Positions 58,187 through 64,000 of a stretch of 64,000 nucleotides of DNA are shown piece by piece (positions within the stretch are counted from its first letter, which is position 1; every line of letters starts with the position of its first letter). The stretch is from NCBI GenBank assembly GCA_049512935.1, contig JBEKWR010000012.1, forward strand, positions 1 through 64,000, given 5' to 3'. The notes under the pieces were generated by a model that saw only the letters and a program-made list of their open reading frames with translations, did not search any database and was not told the origin of the DNA. Source of the DNA: Candidatus Bathyarchaeia archaeon. Its GTDB lineage: Archaea; Thermoproteota; Bathyarchaeia; Bathyarchaeales; Bathycorpusculaceae. A program made the translations under genes and the position numbers.

Positions 58187-58966
58187 TTAAGCAACCGTGA
58201 TTGCCACTTTGTCCCCGGTTTCCGCGTGGAACTTTTCAGCCGCGTTTCCCAAGTTCAATCCAATCTCGACGAACCCGTGGCTGCCTACTAGCGCGATCGG
58301 TTCTTGCGGTTTAGCTTGCCCGTAGGCGACGCCGAAAGGCATCTTCACCGTGGCATGAGGCATCTCAACTTTGAGCGTTTTAGCGCTGTTTTCGCCGATT
58401 TCTTTCCCGTTTATGTTGGTGATTATGTTGCCGAAGTCGTCGATGTGCAAGATTTCCCCAACGAGAGAGCCGTCTTCTCTGTTAACGACGGAGAACTCTG
58501 GCATAACGGGGTCTTTTATTTCTGGTCCAAAGTTTTCAGGCAAGACCCCTTTTGACAGGTAAGCTGCAGCAGGCGCGAAGATGTCTCTGCCATGGAAAGT
58601 GCTGGACACCTTAGGCAACATAAACTTGGGATTAGTAAGCTGGTAGACATGCTGGATGCCTTGGGTCTGGGCTGCCAAAACTAAGACGCCGTTGTCGGGT
58701 CCGACAAAAAAGCCCTTCTTTGCCCTTATCACGATCGCTCGCCTTTGCGTGCCGACTCCCGGGTCAACGACTGCCAAGTGCACGGTGCCTTCGGGAAAGA
58801 ACGGCGCAGCGGAAGCCAAAGCGAAAGCGGCAGCGCGTACGTCAAATTTTCCAACTTCATGCGTGACGTCGATTAAGCAGGCGTTTGGGTTTATGGTCAA
58901 AATGACTCCTTTCATTTCCGCAACGTAAGGGTTTTTAAGCCCAAAATCGCTGGTTAAAGTAATCGT
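58187..58966 (-). CDS. SAM hydroxide adenosyltransferase (DUF62), apparent ACG start
   Basis: In-frame (T)ITLTSDFGLKNPYVAEMKG upstream of the track start; VVDPGVGT.R, GPDNG, TFHGRDIFAP, DDFGN. Confidence 0.88.
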   Translation of the reverse strand, partial: TITLTSDFGLKNPYVAEMKGVILTINPNACLIDVTHEVGKFDVRAAAFALASAAPFFPEGTVHLAVVDPGVGTQRRAIVIRAKKGFFVGPDNGVLVLAAQTQGIQHVYQLTNPKFMLPKVSSTFHGRDIFAPAAAYLSKGVLPENFGPEIKDPVMPEFSVVNREDGSLVGEILHIDDFGNIITNINGKEIGENSAKTLKVEMPHATVKMPFGVAYGQAKPQEPIALVGSHGFVEIGLNLGNAAEKFHAETGDKVAITVA

Positions 58967-58972
58967 CTTGCA

Positions 58973-59257
58973 TCAACCACCGTGAACAACTGGGACAAAA
59001 ACGATTTCGTCCCCATCGTTTAACTTGGTTTCTAAACCGTTCAAAACGCTGATTTCCCTGCCGTTAACCAGAATCAACCCGTTAGACACGGCGTCGCCTG
59101 CTTGCTGGTCGCTGAAGGATTTTTCCAGCTCAGGCATCTGTTGACTGATGTTCGCAAGAAGCTCTTTCAGGGAAATTTCTTTTTCGATGTTGACCGTCAT
59201 CTGGGTTTTGCCTGAGATGTGCCGCAACGCACCGATGAATTTCAGAGTGAGCACCAT
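58973..59257 (-). CDS. moaD: MoaD/ThiS/SAMP ubiquitin-like sulfur carrier
   Basis: ILVNG, L.T.L.DGDE....P..HGG C-terminus. Confidence 0.9.
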   Translation of the reverse strand: MVLTLKFIGALRHISGKTQMTVNIEKEISLKELLANISQQMPELEKSFSDQQAGDAVSNGLILVNGREISVLNGLETKLNDGDEIVFVPVVHGG

Positions 59258-59349
59258 TGTCTTTCGCTTAACTATAGAGTCTGCGTTTACTTTAAAACTG
59301 TTTGCGCGCCGCCTTGTCCCGATATTATGTGTTGAAGAAGGTTGGTGAG

Positions 59350-59535
59350 CTACTCGTATCTTGCCAAGTACAATGGTTCTTGGGCTGCTTTCCTTCTCTC
59401 TGCCAGAGGCATGTCGGTCAAGGAAGCATATTCTACGGTTATGCTCAGCTCTTCTTCTTGTTTTAGATGTTGTATCATGAAACGGCGTTTGTCATCTGAT
59501 AGAGACTTTGTATGTTTTTCAACTTGGCAACTCAT
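59350..59535 (-). CDS. Small hypothetical protein
   Basis: RBS-like AAGGAGTGA upstream and a TTTATATTTA TATA-like box about 45 nt upstream. Confidence 0.5.
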   Translation of the reverse strand: MSCQVEKHTKSLSDDKRRFMIQHLKQEEELSITVEYASLTDMPLAERRKAAQEPLYLARYE

Positions 59536-59765
59536 TGACAGTCACTCCTTGACTAAACACGTTGTTGACCTGAACTAAATATAAAACATATGAATTTGAA
59601 AGTCATTTCTTATTTTAGGGCCAAGCCAGCGCGCGATAAGTCCACCTGTGCACTTTGCCTCTTCCCAAAATAAGACACCTCAGACCCTTCAAAAGACCAG
59701 TTCCCACCAGAGAGGGAAAGAAGGCGTCAATGTCAGAAAAAAGGAAAGAGAAAAAGCCGCTGAAT

Positions 59766-61796
59766 TCAGGTGGGTCTATGACACGGCAGGTGGTTTTTTC
59801 CTTTCTTTTTTGAGATTAAGAAAACAGCTGCAACGATGATTACTGCAATAATTAGTGGTGTAAGCACCAAAGAGGGGGTCGCAGATGTTGGGAACTCACC
59901 CACAGTCGTAGGTGACTTATTTCCGCCAGAGGCACCAGTGCTTATCGCCCAGACCGTGTTGCTGACGTCGTTTGAAATGTAAACGTATGCTCCACTGGGT
60001 GTCACGGCTACCCCGTATGGACCCGCGCCAACCGTCAACGTTTCCGTCACCGTATTCGTTGCCAAGTTCACCACCGAAACAGAATTGCTGTCGGCATTTG
60101 TGATGTAGGCATAGGCTCCGTTAGGTGTTATAGCTACAGCGTAAGGCTCGCTTCCAACTGATATCGTCGTTATCACTTTGTTTGTAGCAGTGTCTATGAC
60201 ACTGGTCGTCCCGCTACCGACGTCTGTAACATAAGCGTAAGTTCCATTGGGAGTTATAGCTACCCCGAAAGGAAAGCTTCCAACGGGAATTGTTGCCGTG
60301 ACCTTGTTTGTAGCAGTTTTTATCACCGAGACTGTTGTGCTGAGGTCGTTTGCCACGTAAACGTATTCTCCGTTGGGCGTTATAGCTACATTGTAGGAAC
60401 CTAATCCAACAGTTACCGTTGCAACCACCTTGTTCGTAGCGGTGCTTATCACTGAAACCGTGTCGTTGTAGCCATTTCCAACGTACGCGTATTTTCCGTT
60501 GGGGGTCAAGGCTACACCATATGGACCAGCTCCAACAGGGACTGTTGCTGTCACGACGTTTGTAGCCGTGTTTATCACCGAAACGGAGTTGCTGCCCGAG
60601 TCAGTAACATACGCGTACGCGCCACTGGGCGTTACTGCTACTCCAAAAGGCGCACTTCCAACAGGTATTGTTGCTGTCACCACGTTGGAAGCAGTGTTTA
60701 TCACTGAAACCGAATTGCTATTGGCGTTAGCAACATACGCATACGCACCATTAGGCGCAATAGCCACGGTGCCCGGCTCCTCGCCGACAGGAATCACCGT
60801 CACCAGCATATTTTGAGAAAGGTCTATCACAGAAACCGAGTTGCTAGCGACGTTGGTGACGTAGGCGAATGCTCCATTGGGAGTTATGGCCACCGCGTCA
60901 GGAAAGTTTCCAACCGGTATCGAAGCCGCCACTTTATTTGAAGCCAAATTCAAAATTGAAACCGATTCGCTGCCTTCATTTGTAACATAAGCGTATGCGC
61001 CGTCGGGAGCGACAGCCACGCCAAAAGGACTGACTCCGACAGTTACCGTTGCCGTCACCATGTTAGCAGCCGTGTTTATGACTGAAACGAAGCCGCTGCC
61101 TTCATTTGTAACATAAGCGTACTCTCCGTTGGGCGCTACAGCGACGCCGGCGGGTTCGCTTCCGACTGGTATCGTCGCCGTTACAGTGTTGGTCGCCGTG
61201 TCAATGACGGAAACCGATTTGCTGCCTTCATCAGTAACATAGACATACGCTCCGTTGGGTGCCACAGCCACTGCGCCGGGGTAACTTAAAACAGAAACCG
61301 TCGCCGTCACTTGATTGGTAGCTGTGTTAATCACCGAAACCGAGTTGCTCTCTTCATTTGCCACGTAAGCGTATGCTCCATTGGGAGTTAAAGCAACAGC
61401 CAGAGGCCCGCTTCCAACGGGTACCGTCGCCGTCACTCTATCAGCAGCCGTGTCTATTACCGAAACCGCGTCACTGCCGACGTCCACAACATAGGCATAT
61501 GCCCCGTTCGGCGTCAAAGCTACTCCATCCGGGTCGTTTCCAACAGAAATCGTGGCAGTCGCCTTATCCGTAGCAGTGCTTATTACGCTGACTGAAGCGC
61601 TGCCTTCATTTGTGACATAGACGTATGCGCCGTTGGGACTTATGGCTAAACCAAAAGGGTCGGTGAAACCGTTAATCGTATTCGTGGCGTTTGCAGCTTG
61701 AACTGGCTGAGGCAAAACTGCGAAAGCAGAGGATAAGAACAAGATAAGCAGAACAGCACACCCAAGTTTCAAAGCCTTAATTTTCCCATGTTTCAT
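59766..61796 (-). CDS. YVTN-repeat double beta-propeller surface protein with C-terminal anchor
   Basis: Signal peptide; 14x 42-aa (T/A)PNGAYAYV repeats; VGEFP then TM then KKK tail. Confidence 0.9.
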   Translation of the reverse strand: MKHGKIKALKLGCAVLLILFLSSAFAVLPQPVQAANATNTINGFTDPFGLAISPNGAYVYVTNEGSASVSVISTATDKATATISVGNDPDGVALTPNGAYAYVVDVGSDAVSVIDTAADRVTATVPVGSGPLAVALTPNGAYAYVANEESNSVSVINTATNQVTATVSVLSYPGAVAVAPNGAYVYVTDEGSKSVSVIDTATNTVTATIPVGSEPAGVAVAPNGEYAYVTNEGSGFVSVINTAANMVTATVTVGVSPFGVAVAPDGAYAYVTNEGSESVSILNLASNKVAASIPVGNFPDAVAITPNGAFAYVTNVASNSVSVIDLSQNMLVTVIPVGEEPGTVAIAPNGAYAYVANANSNSVSVINTASNVVTATIPVGSAPFGVAVTPSGAYAYVTDSGSNSVSVINTATNVVTATVPVGAGPYGVALTPNGKYAYVGNGYNDTVSVISTATNKVVATVTVGLGSYNVAITPNGEYVYVANDLSTTVSVIKTATNKVTATIPVGSFPFGVAITPNGTYAYVTDVGSGTTSVIDTATNKVITTISVGSEPYAVAITPNGAYAYITNADSNSVSVVNLATNTVTETLTVGAGPYGVAVTPSGAYVYISNDVSNTVWAISTGASGGNKSPTTVGEFPTSATPSLVLTPLIIAVIIVAAVFLISKKKGKNHLPCHRPT

Positions 61797-62035
61797 GCTC
61801 TCACCTCGCAAGTTAATGCTTCTTTGTTATCCGCACATCGCATAGCAAACGCTTACATTTTAGTCTTAGACATACTTATGGATATTTACTGTTGAAGACC
61901 CAGAGAGCTAGTTCAGGTACGCGGAGCAGAGTCATGACTTTTCGTACAAAATTCGAAGTTTTGTCTGCTCACTTTAGAATAAGTAAGGGATTCACTTTAC
62001 CAACTTCGGAAAACGTGTCGCCTTAAGACTTGAAC

Positions 62036-62413
62036 TTAAAAGTTTTGCAGCCTTTCTTCAGTTAACGTTTCCACGATGTCAGTTGCTATTCCAACGATCG
62101 AGTCAGCCTGTTTCAACATCGCGTCGCCGTTCACTTCTTCCAACTGCTGCATCTGCTGAACCACCGATTCGAGCTCCATAAGAAAGCGCAGAAGCGAATC
62201 GTTCGTAGCTGGGTTTTTCAAGACTTCTTCACGGATGAGTATCTCGATGAACGCAGGCTCGCCGAGACTGTAGTAAATGGCGTTTCTCGCCTTCCTTATC
62301 GCTTCCAAAACCAAGCCTGGGGCCATGTAAGGGATTTTCCGCGCCGCTTCCAACTCGGCTTTCGCTTCACGAAGGTACCTCAGCGCCCACCCCTTCCTAT
62401 ACTGGTCCATCAT
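62036..62413 (-). CDS. Hypothetical all-helical protein (weakly HEPN-like N-terminus)
   Basis: ORF downstream of rps17e; WALRYLREAKAELEAA. Confidence 0.7.
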   Translation of the reverse strand: MMDQYRKGWALRYLREAKAELEAARKIPYMAPGLVLEAIRKARNAIYYSLGEPAFIEILIREEVLKNPATNDSLLRFLMELESVVQQMQQLEEVNGDAMLKQADSIVGIATDIVETLTEERLQNF

Positions 62414-62441
62414 AAAGGCTTCTCATCCAAGAGTAAATTAA

Positions 62442-62678
62442 TTATTCAGATGGCTCTTCTTCAGTTTCGAGCGGTTCAGTTCCAGCGTTGGCTTTCGCCA
62501 GCGATAACGTGCGCGTAATGTAGCCGGCAATCTGATTTCTCACCCGTGTAGTTGTTCCCTCAGTTAGAGTGTCAACTAAATGCTTGTTTTCGTCAAAGTT
62601 AGTTGTGAATTTTTCTGGAAAGCGTTCCATCAGTTTTTTGCCAGTTCGTTTTACCTGGTCGGTCTTAACTTTTCCCAA
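62442..62678 (-). CDS. rps17e: 30S ribosomal protein S17e
   Basis: GKVKT..VKR....L.E.F...FT..FD.NK, RNQIAGYITR; TTG at 62678. Confidence 0.95.
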   Translation of the reverse strand: MGKVKTDQVKRTGKKLMERFPEKFTTNFDENKHLVDTLTEGTTTRVRNQIAGYITRTLSLAKANAGTEPLETEEEPSE

Positions 62679-62825
62679 ATCCCAAATCCTCGTAGTCAAT
62701 GTTTTATTGTCTGACGCACAAAAGCGTAAGAGCAATCCTCAATAGATGATAGCTTTAATTTAAGTTTACGCTTAAATGCCTTTGTGCTTGCTTTAGAAAA
62801 GCTTTAGCCAAACAGCCGAACCCGG

Positions 62826-63599
62826 TCAATTGAGTTTCACGTTGAAGAAAACTTGGAAGTTCTCCGCTATCCGCTGGGCGACGTCGTCAACGTTGGTCTT
62901 TTTGATTTCAGCGACGGCTTCAACAACGTTGCGGATGAACGAAGGCTTAGTTAATTGCCCTTTGAAAGGTCGCTTGTAGTACGTTACTGGACCGTCGGTT
63001 TCCGTTAAGAACTGCGTCAGCGTTACCTTCTCAATGACTTCTCGGATGCCGCTGGAGTAGACTGCTGGTGGCCCTTCGGTGATGAAGTACCCTCTGTCCA
63101 TGGCTCTGTCCAGCGCGCTCAACGGGTAGCTGAACCAGTGAAGCAGCACCCGCTTGACACGGTACGATGGAAGCAGGTCGATTACTTTGTCAGTTGTTCC
63201 GCGGCTATGTATAATCACGGGAAGATCAAGTTTTTCCGCGAGGTGAAGCATTTTGTCGAAAACCATCATTTGCTTTTCCCACGCGGTTTCATACTTGAAG
63301 TCCAAGCCGATTTCGCCTATCGCCTTAACCTCGCCTTTGCTTTTCTCGATCAGATCGATTGTTTGCTTAAGCTCGCCTTCAGCGAGGGCGTTCACGTTCC
63401 ACGGGTGAATCCCCAAGGCGGGGTAAACCAAGCCAGAGTATTTTTCAGCCAGCGCAAGATCGCTTTTGCAGGTTTTCAAGTCCATCGCATTCGTTATTAG
63501 AGCTGTGACGCTCGCGTTTTTCGCGTCGGCTACTAACTCCTCTATGTGACCAGCGTATTGGGCGTCTGACAAGTGCACGTGCGCGTCGACTAACTTCAT
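62826..63599 (-). CDS. tatD: TatD family hydrolase
   Basis: DAHVH, GIHPW, IGEIGLD, IHSR, LHWF, TETDGP. Confidence 0.94.
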   Translation of the reverse strand: MKLVDAHVHLSDAQYAGHIEELVADAKNASVTALITNAMDLKTCKSDLALAEKYSGLVYPALGIHPWNVNALAEGELKQTIDLIEKSKGEVKAIGEIGLDFKYETAWEKQMMVFDKMLHLAEKLDLPVIIHSRGTTDKVIDLLPSYRVKRVLLHWFSYPLSALDRAMDRGYFITEGPPAVYSSGIREVIEKVTLTQFLTETDGPVTYYKRPFKGQLTKPSFIRNVVEAVAEIKKTNVDDVAQRIAENFQVFFNVKLN

Positions 63600-63706
63600 G
63601 TTCTATCGCAATAAGGGTCTGCGCTCCTGTATTTTGCTTCTTTGGTCGGCAGGTCTACTCAACGGCTCAGTCGGCGAACAAGCGCGTTTGACAATACAGT
63701 GCAGGT

Positions 63707-64000
63707 CTATGGCGGTGGCAGATCAACCCTTGGGGCGGAAGTTTTACGCAAGAGCGCGACCACTACACCCGCAAAAATGGCAATTACCGAAGCCATGACT
63801 ATAATTGCAATCTGCTCCCAGCTGAGATTGGTCGTTATCCCTTTTTGCGCCGCGGGCAGGTTCGGGGTTGCTGTCGGGTTCAGTGGGTTTACAAAAGGCG
63901 AACTGCTTTGAATTGGCGTCGGTTCAGGCGTAGTAATGGTGGTGGTAGTGGTTGGGTTTCCGATTGTGATGGTTTGTGTATTGCTCCAGCCGCTGTTGCT
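63707..64000 (-). CDS. C-terminal part of a membrane-anchored surface protein (runs off the window)
   Basis: Translated by hand: SNSGWSNTQTITIGNPTTTT..PEPTP..TM..LRK..PPP*; the track shows only shadow ORFs. Confidence 0.8.
   Translation of the reverse strand, partial: SNSGWSNTQTITIGNPTTTTTITTPEPTPIQSSSPFVNPLNPTATPNLPAAQKGITTNLSWEQIAIIVMASVIAIFAGVVVALLRKTSAPRVDLPPP

Overview
Archaeal chromosomal window, most consistent with Bathyarchaeia (TACK). This is inferred from TFB/Gar1, Alba, rpl7ae-rps28e-rpl24e, rpl40e, rps17e, Hel308, an Elf1-like protein, F420-dependent Mtd, many TTG/GTG/CTG starts and surface proteins with PT linkers. It is mostly housekeeping: cyclophilin, AspRS, RtcB and archease, adk, TET peptidase, a complete 7-gene DapL-type lysine operon, purB, an Fe-S cluster operon, a ~12 kb glycosylation cluster, SAMP/MoaD plus SAM hydrolase, TatD and two beta-propeller surface proteins. 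Most notable observations: (i) an F420-dependent Mtd directly followed by an NAD(P)-type methylene-H4MPT dehydrogenase carrying an unexplained ~250-aa N-terminal domain, next to an AbrB-PhoU regulator with shared TATAT-rich upstream motifs; (ii) a 790-bp vapBC-only mini-island bounded by tRNA-Gly(TCC) and a decayed copy of its 3' part; (iii) an IscS-like protein that has lost most PLP/substrate residues but kept its catalytic Cys, in an operon with IscU and an intact SufS; (iv) a structured non-coding element at ~37.6-37.9 kb with covarying tandem hairpins and a related copy at the window start; (v) two genes whose best-placed start codon is ACG. All calls are from motif recognition by eye; no searches were run.
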